Assembly: GCA_003971905.1 (NCBI GenBank)
Contig: RSEE01000025.1
Coordinates: 434,001-498,000, forward strand
Length of the DNA: 64,000 bases
DNA from: Moniliella sp. 'wahieum'
Lineage: Eukaryota
Direction: 5' to 3'
Each line of letters opens with the position of its first letter. Positions within the stretch are counted from its first letter, which is position 1. A program made the translations under genes and the position numbers. The notes under the pieces are model-generated. The model was given only the letters and a program-made list of their open reading frames with translations, ran no database searches and had not been told where the DNA came from. This document shows, one piece after another, positions 37,528-50,139 of the stretch.

Positions 37528-38643
37528 GTTTCCAGTTCGTCGGGTGGGGGCGACGACGTTTGCTCGCGGCTCGGCTCAGTTCGATGAGGGGGGCAGCTCC
37601 CGCAGCAAAGTGTGATGGAACCGCAATAAATTCAAACACGCGTAGGCGGGCAGTTAGAGCTTGCAACCCTACCGTAATTAACTGTAGGTGGACATGGTAG
37701 GGTTAGCGCACCGCGTCCCCCCCCGACCTTCCTTGCCCCCCTTGGCCCTCGCTCTCTTATAATTCTTCTAGTGACGTGTCCTCTCATGTTTCGCAGACCA
37801 CCTGGACCAAAGAACGTTTGGACATGGTACGAACAAGGTGCGGCATGTTGACTGTGGCCTTGTTTTTCTACCGTGACCTGTCTTTTTTGCAAGCAGCAAA
37901 TGCATCTGACGACCCAAACGATGGGCAAGCGCCCTCGAAATCATATAAGCCTGAAAGCTGTTCCACCGACGGAAAGAGATATATTGTTCGAGCAGCCTTA
38001 TAGTTGACCTTTGCTCCCCCTGCACTGTAGTTGAGGTGCCCATAACCCAACCGAGAGGAGCCAGAATGAAGTGACTTCTCACGCCAAGCCAATTACTGCA
38101 ATGAGTTAATGAGGTCTCGGCCATCCTCACGCATTGGTCAATCCAGAACCTGTTGGAACGTGGTACTGGCCAAGCGCCGGTCCAATGCTCGCATCCTGGC
38201 CAAGGCATAAACGTGGCAGAACCGCGGTCAAAGCTGGGATTTGCTAGAGTGGGTATTGGGGACGACCTCCTCATGTACCCTCACTTACATAGCGTGTTGA
38301 TAGAGAGCTGCTTTATGTCGGTGGTAGCGCGGCTGAGGCCATAAGGCAAAATGAAGATCCAAAGCTAGGAGGAGAATGTCCGGCAATTCAAAGAGATCCG
38401 AGGCAAACTGTACAGTATACATGATCTCTCTCCCTTGGACCGTGGAAGAAACAGGGCAGACGACTGACGACTCAGTGCTCATCTAGGGCGCCTGGAGTGA
38501 CCGGAAGCGCGACATCACGGTATAGAGGAATCGATGGCTGCGACTAAAATGGATGGGCAAGACGCAAGCAAGAGGAGAGAGGGAGATGAGCAAATGTGAG
38601 CAGTGATGCATGCGGAGGTAGGTGCAAGGAGAAAGAGCAAGGA

Positions 38644-39506
38644 TCAAGCCGTCAACTTATCGGGTGGTGTGCCGCGTACGGCCCGCCAAAACCGCATCAT
38701 GAGGTTATCCGCTGCGTTGGGGCCGGACGGACATCGAGGTAGAAGGACACCCCGCCCGTCTCGGCGGGCTTACCGGTGTAGTAATCGATCACGTAGCGTA
38801 CCGGCTTGCCGCACCGATCCACAGTCCAGTCGTGCCGATCAAAGGGGGGCGTGTACCCGACGAGGGTAGAGAACCAAGCGCGCCAACTCATCTCCTGGAC
38901 TTTCCCCTCAAACGTGGTGAGTTTCAACCCGTCTTTCAAGATGCATTCGGGGTGGAACTCCTGTTCCCAACCGCGGATCATGGCCCAGGTGCGCTCGTTC
39001 ACGGCGTTGTGCAAGGGAACGACGACGTCCATGTCGGCCACGTCGGCTGGGTTGGAGCTGTGTTTGCGTGCGAGCGCAGCGTAAAACTGTGCCGGGGACG
39101 GGTAGACCCACTTTTCGCCTTCCTCCCCGGCTGCGTTCGCCATGTCGTGGCTGCCGCCCGTGCCGACGTTGGTGGTGCGGGAGCGGGGATGGAGGAGATC
39201 TCCCGGTCCAAAGACAGGCCATGGTGGGCGGCCACATCGGTGTGGGGGGAGCCGGTGCTGGGATGGGAAGCGGAGGGGGAAGCGGAGGAGGAAGAGGAGG
39301 AAGAGGAGGAGAACGAGGGATGGGTCATGCCGCGGAGCGCCAGGAACGCGTGGGCGCGGGCGCTGTCGTTTGCCTGGGACGGGGCGGGGGTGGGGGCGAT
39401 GCGAGAGAGGCATCGCCGTGGTGCTGGGGCCGCCTCGGGCGGCGTGGGCTGGGCCTGGAGGGCGAGCCAGGCGGAGCGGGTGTCGGCCGTCGACGGGGCA
39501 GCTCAT
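38644..39506 (-). CDS. Holocytochrome c/c1 synthase (heme lyase, CYT2/CYC3 family)
   Basis: N-terminal CPV heme motif, REISSIP, WVYPSPAQFY, HNAVNERTW, PFDRHDWTVDRCG, RYVIDYY and FYLDVRP. Confidence 0.93.
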
Positions 39507-39559
39507 GGCGCGGGGCTGGGCGGCGCACGAAGAAGGACGGGCAGAAGGCTCGGCCGTTG

Positions 39560-39590
39560 TCAGGCCTCAGGCTTCAAGCTTCAAGCTTCA
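39560..39590. promoter_or_regulatory. TCA-N4 heptamer array in the very short divergent heme lyase/PAN1 intergenic region
   Basis: TCA GGCC TCA GGCT TCA AGCT TCA AGCT TCA; the regulatory role is inferred from position only. Confidence 0.5.
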
Positions 39591-39634
39591 GCGTGTCCTG
39601 ACAAATGCCCATCCCCGACGAGCCGCGGTCGGAG

Positions 39635-42617
39635 ATGTACGTAGGGACGAGAGGCCGAGCGGGGGCAGTGGAGCGGAGGCCCACGCTGGGGAGGCGCGGG
39701 CTGTGCGCGAGCGAAGAGCACCACACCCCCACCACCACCCCCCCCCAGCAGTACGGCCCGCCGTCGAATGGGTGGCCGCCGCCCCGCGATGGCCCGCAGA
39801 TCACCGGCTTGCGCCCGGCGGCATGCAGCCACAGCAGACCGGCATGCCGCTCCAGCCGCAGAGACGCATGCCCTCCGCCCGCTCCTCCCCCAGCAGACCG
39901 CTGTGCCGGCCGCATCGGCGCCCCCTTTGCGCCCCAGCCCTATCCGCCGCCCGCCCCTTCCGCCCAGCGCCTCATGCCGCCGCTCCAGCCCACCCCCACC
40001 GGCATCATGGCCCAGTCCACCGCCATGGGCACGGGCATGGCCCGCCCGCCCCCGCAGCAGGGCATGCTCGGCCCCCAGATGACCGGCATGCCCCGGCTCG
40101 GCCCACAGCAGACCGGGATGCCCATGATGCCCCAGCAAACCGGGATGCCCATGATGCCCCAGCAAACCGGCATGCCCTCGGCGCGCAGCAAACGGGCATG
40201 ATGGGCCCGATGGATCCGCGGATGCGGATGATGGCGCTGCAGTTCTTGCCCGCGTCGGTGGCTGCGCCGGCAGCCGGTATGTTCAGCAGCGGAGCAGTGC
40301 AGCCGGACCAGTTTGCAGCTGCGCTGGCCGCATCGGCGCCGGCCCTCGGCCCGCAAAAGACCGGGATGGCGCCACGTACCAAGAAAGCCATGTCGTACAA
40401 ATTGGCCAGTGACGAGAAGAAGAGCTACGAGGCCATCTTCCGCTCCTGGGACCCCAAGCGGACTGGCTTCCTCGATGGCTCCTTGGCACGCGAAGTGTTT
40501 GGCCAGTCGGGGCTTTCGAACGATGAACTAATGCAGGTCTGGACCTTGGCCGATACCGATAATCGCGGCAAGCTCAACATTGCCGAGTTCCAGGTCGCCA
40601 TGGGCCTCATTTACCGCGCGCTCAACGGAAACCCCATTCCGGATGAGCTGCCAAGGAGATGGTTCCCAGCTCGTCACGCGACCTCAACGAAAGCGTCGAC
40701 TTTTCAAGGAGCTGCTCACGCGCGACGCCAGTGTCCGTGCCGCCACCGGCATCAATCTGCCCCTGCCCGGCCGGAGCGGGAGTGGACCGGCGGGGTCGGA
40801 AAACAGCTTGTACCAAGACCCGCTCGCTCGATCGTCTGGCGGCACGAGCAAGCCCCCGTCTCGCTCCTTTGGCCAGCGCGTCGTCGGCGAAGCAGCGGCG
40901 TACAAAAACGACGATGCGAACCAGACCCCCGTCTATCGCTCTGCTGCCCGGCACATCAACCGTTCTGCCGTTCGCTTCAAGGGACAGCAACCCCACTCGG
41001 AACTGGACGACCTGCGTAGCCAGCTGGCGCGCACGCAGGCCTTGGTTGACGACACCCGCTCTGGTGCATCCACCGCCTCTGCCACCTCCTTTTCCATCCC
41101 CGAGGAAGGGGATGGGGACCAACAAGAAGTCGACGCGCTGGAGCGTGAAGAGAGCCATCTCGAGCACGAAAAGAGCGAGCTGGAGCAATCGGTGGAGGCG
41201 GACCAGCGTGCGTTAGCCTCGGGTCAGCTTACGCCCGAGGAGCATACCCAAGTTGCGGATCGACGGCGCAAGACGGAGCGACAGCTGATTCGCGTTGCCC
41301 ACCAGCAACTCCCCCTTGTACGGGAGCGGCTTGCGCGCGCACGCGAGCGCACAGCCGCATCCAAGACCAAAGAAGCGCGCGAGCGAGACTTGCGAAACGC
41401 CAAAGACCAGCCGGGTTCACGGTTTGACCGCTCGGACCGCGTGGAGCGTACGAGCTTGTACGACCGGTACGATTCCCGCCCGGCGTCCGAATCGGGACGA
41501 TCGGAGTACTCGGCGCCTTCGGAACGGAGTGCGTCCTACTCGGAGCTGGCGGAGACCAAGCGAGAGCCTAGCAGTGGACGAGCAAGCCGCCCGACGTTCG
41601 TGTCCCCTCCTGCTTCGCGTGCCGCCTCGATCGCCAGCACGTCCACCCGCCCCCCTCGGGCCCGGAGCGCGCTCAATGGCTCCGTGAACAAGCGCAAAAG
41701 AAAGTGCGCGAACGGATGGCTGCCCTCGGATTGGCCCCTTCGGACCCTGCCCCTGCTTCCGCTCCTGCTTCGGTTCCTCCTGCTGCTTCTCCTCCTCCTT
41801 CAGCGTTTGCTTCGGCGCCCTTCGGCTGCTCCGCCTGCCTTCGCCGCCACTCCGCCTGTCGCAGCGCCACCTTCGGCATTTGCCGCGCCCGTCGAACCGA
41901 CGGATGATGTGCCGGACGCCGCTGTGCTGGCCCAGCAACGCGAAGACGCTCGCGCGGCTCGTCGCAATGCCGAATCGACGAAGGACTTGCCTTCGACTAA
42001 TCCGTTTGCCCGTTTGGCCGAGACGGATGCGCCGTCCCCTGCCTTCGCTGCTACGGCATCGGGTCCCACTTCCCCTCCTGCCTCGGTCGCGGTCGCCGAG
42101 CCGGCTCCGTCGTCCGGCTCCCTGGAGCAGGAAGATGACGAAGAGGAACGCGAGTTGGCGCGCCTCGAGGCGGAAATGCAGGCTCGCCGCGCGGCCCGGT
42201 TGGCTAGGGGAGCAGCGTCAACCCCCTCTGGCCCTGGAGCCGCAGCTGAGGCGACGGCACCGGTGTCGGCCCCTGTACCTGCGCCTGTACCTGCGCCTGT
42301 GCCTGTGCCTGCGCCGGGTCCCGAGGTGGGGTCGGCCAGTGCCACCAGTGCCAGAGGCGCTGGAGCTGGAGAGGAACTGGATGAGGAGGAGCAAGAGTTG
42401 GCTCGGTTGGAGGCTGAGATGGAACTGCGCGGGCCGCGCGTTTGGCCAGGCCCCAGCGCCCGAGGAGGAGGAAGACTCGTCGGACGATGACGAGGGACCG
42501 GAACAACTGGACCACCGAACCGGTTCGGGACACGGTTCGGGATGGGGCCAGGACCCGAGCTACGCTGCGTGGAGCGTCCACGAAGGCTCGGCGGCGGACC
42601 GGTTCCCCGAGCTGTGA
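39635..42617 (+). CDS. PAN1: Pan1-like endocytic/actin scaffold (QxTG repeats, EH domain, coiled coil, acidic tail)
   Basis: PQQTG/PQMTG repeats; EH domain (FGQSGLSNDELMQVWTLADTDNRGKLNIAEFQVAMGLI); STNPF motif; EEEEDSSDDDEG; start uncertain; frameshifts. Confidence 0.85.
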
Positions 42618-43409
42618 AGCGAAGTGGGTGCAAGGATCTGGTTTGGGCCTGGACGAATCAGATGGTGCTGCGTGTTTCGGGGTTGGGTACGGTAGCTGGG
42701 TGGTAGGTCGGCGGTTAAGGTAGGCCAAGGAGACGCAGACAGAAAGAGCATGCGCTACATGGTACCGGGCATGAGTCCGACCGGGCAGGGGCACGGTGAG
42801 ACTGAAGAAGCGACGAGCCGACTCTGGAAAGAGAGCAGGTGGAGAGGGACAGACCGAGGATGGGTAACGCGATCGAGGTGGTGCAGAGGCTCTGGTGCGA
42901 GTCCAGAGGTGGAGCACTACGAAACGGAATGTGCCACGGCAAAGGGATGCAGTTGGTTGCATCGGGAAGGGGGTACCCTGGCAACCGTGCGCTCAACCGG
43001 AGGATCTGCCCGCCCTGGGAGTGATGGTCGACGTGCGCGGCATCGCTGGCCTATTCTATGACAACGCCCGCCTGTTGCACGGTGAGGATTGCGCCTTGGT
43101 TCATCGATTCATCCGTCAATTTTCTTGAGGGACTTTGTTGTGGACACGCGGAACCCCTTGTACTCTGGATGACACTGAAGGTCACCAGCCCACAAGCCAG
43201 ACAATGCATAGACTGCCATGCCACTACTTGTTACCTCTGTGAGATGAAGCACTCCTCGTCCCCCGGACAAGGGGGACGACCGGAAGGAGTGAGGCAGGAA
43301 CGTGATGGTAGTACAGAAATGTTTACAGGGACAGCGAGAAGGGGAGTATGGGAGAGGAGAGGAGAGGAGAGGAGAGAGGAGAGGAGGGAGAGGAGGGAGA
43401 GAAGCAAAA

Positions 43410-44160
43410 AAGTCATTACAGACGCGGTGGATCCCACGTGCCGAAGGGGCCACGTCAGGGAGGAGGGTGTGCAAACGGTCCAGGGCAAGAGCCATGTCGG
43501 AGGCGAGGAGAGTGTGCACGCCCAGCTCCCGCATGGCAGGTATGCGGGAGCCCTCAGCAGCGAGAAAGATGTTTCGTGAGGGACGAGGCGGTGTTGCGAC
43601 AGGGCGTGACGGATCAAGGGGGGGAAAGACGGCGACGGGAGACGGGCACCGAGCTGGTAGCCAGAAACACATCCACCTCGTCGCGCAGGGAAGCCAGCGA
43701 GGCGCCCGAGGCGCCGGATACCGACGGGGGCAACGCGTTGCCCACCAGGCCGACGGTGACGCCTGCCTCGCGAAGACGGCGGAGGGTGCGCAATGCAGCG
43801 GTGTGCCAGTGAGCCTGGGCACGGACGAGCGTGTTGAGCACGCGGTCGGGATCTATCCTGCCGGGCACCCAGCTGGGCGGCGGGGGGGGTGCCTGTGCCG
43901 CGGGTGCGGAGATGGGTAAGGTAGGCGCGGCGGACGACGGGGTGGTTGTTGAGTTCGTACTCGAGCAGGGGCAGTGCCAGGGCCGCGTCCAGCTCGCCGC
44001 GCTCGAGCTGGGCCAGGACGCTGGCGTCGCGCTGGGAGGTGAGGGCGACGGAGAGCCAGGGGGGGGAGGGCGAGGGCACGCTCCAGATCGGCGAGCTCGG
44101 CGGGGGGGAGGCGAAGAGGCAGGACAGGTCGAGGAGCACGGCGCGGGGGGCGGCGTGCAT
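43410..44160 (-). CDS. Degenerate HAD-like protein (soluble epoxide hydrolase N-terminal/ACAD10 HAD type)
   Basis: RAVLLDL, QLERGEL, LRRLREAGVTVGLVGN, VDVFLATS and AMRELGVHT follow the family layout; catalytic motifs altered; end uncertain. Confidence 0.6.
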
Positions 44161-44691
44161 GTGGCGGGGGGTGGTGGAGGGCGCTGGGGATGGAGGGTCG
44201 GGGGGGATGGAGGGGAGGAGACAGACAGACTGATATGGAAATAGGGGCAGCGGCCAGGCACAGCGGGGGTGCCGGGGTGGCTGTGTCTGGGATGCGGCGG
44301 GCGCCGAGGAGAGTGTCGTGCGGGAGGAGCACCACTGCCCCGCAGTGCCGCCGCCCGCGAGCCCCTGTCTTTGTCTTTGGCGCCGCAGCAGCCACGCCGT
44401 GCCTGCCAATTCTCAAATGTTCACGCCCCGACAGGGGCTCCTGCAACTTTCACTTCCTCTGTCCATCTCCGGCGGCCCCGCGCCACGTGACCCGCTTCTT
44501 CCGGCGGAATGCCACCGCAAATGTTCAATCCCGCCTTCTTCCGTCGGCGCGGCGGCCGACGGAGATGGCCTTTGCGATGACTCGCGGGTTGCCCTGAGGC
44601 CTCCTGAGCCCAGCACGGGTCTCCGGCGTCGGTCTCGCATCCTCGCCTCGGTTCTTCGTGCTTGGCTCCCCCCAACAACTGCCCTGCTACC

Positions 44692-46567
44692 ATGCTACCT
44701 CCTCGACTACGGCGCCGGCAAGTACGCAGCCTGTCCAATGCCATCCGCAAGCTCGGGTACGACTTTGAGTGGGTCCGTTCCCCGCCGACCTGGACAAGGC
44801 TCCGCCTTGCTCTTCCCTGGCGTCGGCTCCTTTGAGCATGCAATGAACACGCTCCACACACAAGGCTACGTAGCCTCTGCGCGATATGCTGCCTCGGGCC
44901 GCCCCCTGATGGGCATCTGCATCGGCATGCAAGCCTTCTTTGAGGGCTCGGACGAAGGCACAGGCACCGCCCAGGGCCTCGGCTTGATCCCTGGCCGTGT
45001 CCGGCGCTTTGACCCCGCCGACTCGCTCCTGGGCCACAAGACCGTGCCGCACATGGGCTGGAACCGGGCAGTGCCTGTGCCACGGGAGATTGTGGGTCAC
45101 GAGGTGGCGGAGCGGTACGCGCTCAAGGGCGCCAAGGAGGACGGGGAAGACGTGTACTTTGTGCACTCGTACCGTGTCGCGTACGACGCGGCCCAGCATG
45201 CCGACTGGGCCCTGACGTTGACCCGGTACGGAGCGGAAACCTTTGTCTCGTCCGTTGCCAAGGGCAACGTTTTTGGTGTCCAGTTCCACCCCGAAAAGAG
45301 CAGTGCCGCGGGCCTCGCCGTCGTGCGCGCCTGGCTGGACCAAGCTGTCGGACCCCGCGCCCAGCACCTGGCCAAGGCCAACGCCCACCGAGCTGTCCCC
45401 TTTACCCCCATCACCTCGACCGTGGCCAAGCCGGACGAGGTACTGTCGTTGCCGGCGCTCCAATCGGCCGGTTTGACCAAGCGTGTGGTGGCGTGTCTGG
45501 ATGTACGCAGCAACGATGCGGGCGACCTGGTGGTCACCAAGGGCGAGAGCTACGATGTGCGTGAAAAGACCGAAGAAGCCGGGGTGCGCAACCTGGGCAA
45601 GCCAGTGGAACTGGCGCATCGCTATTACCTCGAAGGGGCCGATGAGATTGTCTTCCTCAACATTACCTCCTTCCGCGCCTCGCCGCTCAAAGACCAGCCT
45701 ATGCTCTCCGTCCTCCAACTTGCGGCGTCCGAATGCTTTGTGCCCCTCACCATTGGCGGCGGGATCAAGGACTTTGTCGAGCCCGACTCGGGCACGGTAC
45801 GCAGCGCCAAAGAAGTGGCAGATGCCTACTTCCGTGCCGGGGCAGACAAGGTCTCGATTGGTTCCGAGGCTGTGTTGGCAGTGGAGGAGTTGCTGGAGCG
45901 AGGGGCACAGGCTGGCGTGCAAACCCTCGACCCATTTGAGGTGCCGGCTACCGCACTGACGGGGAAAACGGGCATTGAGCAGATTTCCGATGCATATGGC
46001 GCCCAAGCGGTGGTGGTGAGCGTGGACCCGCGCCGGGTCTACCTCGCTGAAGGAGAGACGACGGCGCACAGTGCGTGTGTGGTGAGTGGTATCCCTGGCA
46101 CCGCCGACGCAGGCAAGAGGTGGTGGTACCGGTGCACCATCAAGGGCGGGCGGGAGGACCGAGACGTGGATGTGGTTCAGTTGGCACGTGGAGTGGCGCG
46201 CTTGGGCGCGGGAGAGTTGTTGGTCAACTCGATCGATCGCGATGGCAGTGCGCAGGGCTTTGACCGGCAACTGATCGACTTGGTCCGCAAGGCAGCTTCC
46301 ATCCCCGTTGTTGCCTCCTCGGGCGCAGGCACGGCGCAGCACTTTGCCGACGTATTCCGCTACCTTCCGTTGAGGGAGGGCGAGCGACCGAGCTCGGTCG
46401 AAGCTGCCCTTGCCGCTGGCATCTTCCACCGCCACGAAGTGGCAATCGAAGAGGTGAAGCAGCTTCTCATCAAGGACGGTTTCCCTATTCGCGAGTCGAG
46501 TGCCACTGAAGGCGCCGCAGGCGTCGTCGAGAAGGCTACCCAAGAGAAGGGGATCGAACTGGCCTAA
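44692..46567 (+). CDS. HIS7: Bifunctional imidazole glycerol phosphate synthase HisHF
   Basis: LDYGAG, FPGVGSF, GICIGMQ, VPHMGWN, YFVHSY, QFHPEKS, ACLDVRSND, GADKVSIGS and EAALAAGIFHR; 5' end frameshifted. Confidence 0.97.
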
Positions 46568-47356
46568 TTGCCGGGACCAGATCGGAGCCAGCATGGTCCA
46601 ACTCAGATTCAGATCGCCCCCCCCCCCAATGCATATCAATTGGTCGCAACCACCGGATTCTATCTATTGACCGCAACCATCGGCACCGCTTCGTTGGGAC
46701 ACGAGTGCGAGTTTGGGGTAGCAGGGTTGGTAGGGGGAAAAAGCCGATAACCTACGTGAGTCATTGTGCGACGAGGCTTGAGAGTTATGTCACGTTTGTG
46801 GTAGTAGTGATCGAGCTGCTGTGTGTGGTTACTGAGTACTGAATAGCCAATGTAGTTATGCCCAGCGGCTCGAGCTCAGCAGCTGAGGGCTTAGCTTAGC
46901 CGCTCAGCCAGTACAGCTCAGCGCGCTCAGCCGAATCAACAAGACCAACACCCTTGCTACGCACCAGCGCGACCGGGCATGGTGGCGTGACGCGTGATAT
47001 CGGATACCTGGTGAATATATGGATCGGTGCCTTCAAGCTTCACTGGCTCTGCTAGGCCGGTAGCTCTGTTGGACTGATATACTGGGCAGAGGGGATGGGG
47101 GGGAGGGGGGGGGGGGCAAGATCGTAGCCACACACCAGTGCAGTGGGATAGAATCGTATGACCCAACGGACTTCCACCGGGAAAAGGGGGCCGGTTATAG
47201 TATTTAGTGAGATAGTCGTTGGGAGGGGGAGGAGGCAACTGTACCGCACAGAAGCGGGTGCCTCTTGCCCCGAGAGCACAACTGGCGAAGATTCCTGCGG
47301 CAGAAAGGAAGAGGAAAGAGGCAACAGAGGGTACGATCACGCGCATCGATCAAACT

Positions 47357-47390
47357 TGAAGCTTGAAGCTTCATGCTCCAAGCTTCAAGC
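47357..47390. repeat. TGA-AGCT/TCA-AGCT heptamer array
   Basis: tgaagcttgaagcttca...caagcttcaagc, about 350 bp upstream of the C2H2 gene. Confidence 0.85.
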
Positions 47391-47721
47391 CGCATCGGCC
47401 GCCGTGCGCTACCGTACCTCGTGCCCCGTTGGAAGAGGTCCAACAGCTGTACTGCCCCCCTATAGCATTGCATATTGGGAAGCCAGGCCTCAGGAGTTAT
47501 AAGGGTGCAAAACCGCCAGAGGCCAGTTATACGTAGAAGTATATATCGTTGTTGCATCATCGATCAGTCGAGGGTCTCCCGAAATACTAAAGCCCCTGAG
47601 CTAAGTTATACGTGGATTGCGACGATTTCTCCCCACCAACTTCTCCGAGCTTGCCACCACCACCACATTCCCATCCACCACCTCTAACGCACCCTTAACG
47701 CCTTTTACGACCCGTACGACC

Positions 47722-48883
47722 ATGCCCCACCAACGGGCTTCCCTTGACCCTGCCTCACTCACCCTTCCATCCTTGGGGGCAACGTATGTTTTTTGTTGCG
47801 TTTTTGAGGAGCGTCCGTGGAACGTGTGCTAATCTTTTACTGTCAACAGCAGCAGGCTTGGTTGGTAGACATGATGGCTCCCCCTTCGATGGAGAGCACT
47901 CCTTTCCTCACCTCGAGCCAAGGAAGCGATTCTTCCTTTAGCCCCGGATCGGACTTGCTCACCAACTCCACTACCACCTCCAGTCCGCTCAATTTGTCCC
48001 CGACCTCGCCCCTGTATTCAGATATGCGCTCCGCGCTTGAATTGCATATGGGGGATGCCTGCGATCCGCTCCTCTTCCCGCCACAAGGAAACGAATGGAT
48101 GGGCTTCGGGATGTACTCCACCCCGCTCTCCGTGGCCCCCACATCGCTCTTCTCTGATCCGGCCCACGTCCGTTCTCAATCGGTCTCCCTGCCCCTTGCC
48201 TCCTCGCATTTCCCCGCGCAAGAGGAAGGGCACAGAATCTTGGCCTCCTTGATTTCCCCCGATGAACACCAGGTGCCCACAGCTACGCTCTGCCCATTCC
48301 CGAATTGCTCCAAGGTATTCCCGAAGAACCGGACCTACAACCTCAAGGCTCACCTCAGGAGTCACATCAACCTCAAACCGTTCGTCTGTCCACGGTGCAA
48401 TCGTACCTTCCCGAGGAAACATGACCTACAGCGTCATGCGCGCAGCCACGTACGCCCCCCCCGTCCATATAAGAGATTGTGTTGCGAAGCGACGGATACT
48501 GATGCCACAATCGACTCCAGACGGGCGACAAACCGTACGTGTGCGAAGCGTGTGGCAAGGCCTTCCCACGCTCTGACGCACTGCGGCGACATTGGAAGTC
48601 TGACCCTACCTGCCGCGACCAGCTGCCCGACCTGAGCAGCATCGCTGCCACCCGCGCTGGCTCAAGCAAGATCAAGAAGTCCAAGAAAGGTGGGAAGGGC
48701 AAGGCTGTGGCGACGAGTGTGCTGGAGGGCAAGGCTGCGGCGCCGAGTGTGGTGCAGGGCGCGACGACCGTCCCCGCGGAGAACCTCACAGCGCCGTCGT
48801 CGGGACCGCTCCCTACGTCAGCGTTGGCACACGCACCTGACCAAGCCACACATCCGCCCGCCCTGCTCGCTGGGCTCGAGTAG
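47722..48883 (+). CDS. Three-finger C2H2 transcription factor
   Basis: CPFPNC..YNLKAHLRSH, KPFVCPRC..RKHDLQRHARSH|TGDKPYVCEAC..RSDALRRH; introns about 47784-47849 and 48450-48520. Confidence 0.9.
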
Positions 48884-49557
48884 CCGTAGGCTCGCTTCGT
48901 CCCTCTTATCCTGCTGCATCGGCCGGCCTGATCAGCTTATCCATTCTCCCCCCTCCCCTTTCCCCCCATTTCATCCGCCCCCATCTCGACCAAAAGCACA
49001 AATATAGTCCCCCCCCATCTCTTCCCAGCCCAAGCTTGGCCGGGCGACTATACCCCGTGTTTCACGTGTCACGATCCTATACCGTCGCCTGTGCTTTCCT
49101 TCCTCTCCCCACCTCCCCCTCCGAACCTTCCCATCTTCCCATCAGGTAGCCGAGCGGTTTGTGTCCCCCTCCGGGGTGAGGACCGCCGCTGGCACCTACG
49201 ACGCTATAACGCCACTTACTACGACCACACACTCGTTTTGCCTTGTTTGGAGAGACGCTTATGCGTCCTCTTCTCTCTCTCGTCGTATTGCCCACCTCCA
49301 TCCACGCTCTCTCGCCGAGCGCACCGTGTGAGGGCGCTGTTTCGGCGCGTCACACTCAGGGCCAAGCTGTAGAGGGTAGGACGGGGGTAGGACGGTTATA
49401 GGTCAGTCCCCGCCGAGTGAAAACACACTGAGTACACTGAGCGCCCCCTGCCTGAGGGCTCAGCCTGAGGCTTCTTCAGGCTTCAGGTAATATCCAACAC
49501 GAAGAGAGGCAGAGCGTAAGAAGACAGCCAGGGGGTACGGGTGCCTCTGTTTGATCA

Positions 49558-49591
49558 GGAAGTCGGATGTATCTGGAAGTCGGATGTATCT
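49558..49591. repeat. 17-bp tandem duplication GGAAGTCGGATGTATCT x2
   Basis: Read directly. Confidence 0.9.
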
Positions 49592-50139
49592 GGCGAGCAA
49601 ACGGTTTGGAGGCGGCGGCGGTGGCCCCAGAGAGGATGGGATAGGGGACGGAAGTGGGCTGTTCGCTGCTTGCGCTTACTCGGGCGCTCCGGGTCACTCT
49701 CAGCCTGGGCGCACCCGCTGTGTTCCGCCCTTGGATACGCGCGAATAAGCGGAGGCGCGCCGCGCACACTGGCGCTGCGCCACTCAGGCACACGCAGGCA
49801 CCGAGGGCAGCGCCACACAGGCGCCGTGGGCTGCTGGCACGCAGCGTACGTAAGCCGTGCCTGGCTGCTCCCGGGCAAGCGAGCTGCTCTGGGCTGCCAG
49901 GCTTCCCGCAACAGGCCGCACTGCGCCCAGCGGACGCACTAGTGGCCTAACCCCGAACCCGAACACCGCAACACCCGCCCCAACGCCGGCCCCACCGCCA
50001 TCCGCATTGCGCTTCTCCCCACCCTCGGCGCCCTTCTCGCTTCCTCCCCCGGAAGCGCCTTTTCTCGCTCACCTGCGCCCCTGCCCCTGCCCCTGCCCTT
50101 GCCCTGCCCTCGGGGTACGCCCCCACCCTGCCTCCCGCC

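Noticed and set aside
37768..38482. Possible minus-strand gene between RPL24 and the heme lyase gene
   Set aside because: A GTAAGT donor and short ORFs are present, but there is no identifiable product.
33992..39506. eIF3i, NDUFAF6, RPL24 and heme lyase as a functional gene cluster
   Set aside because: Ordinary housekeeping neighbours; no shared pathway or supportable co-regulation signal.
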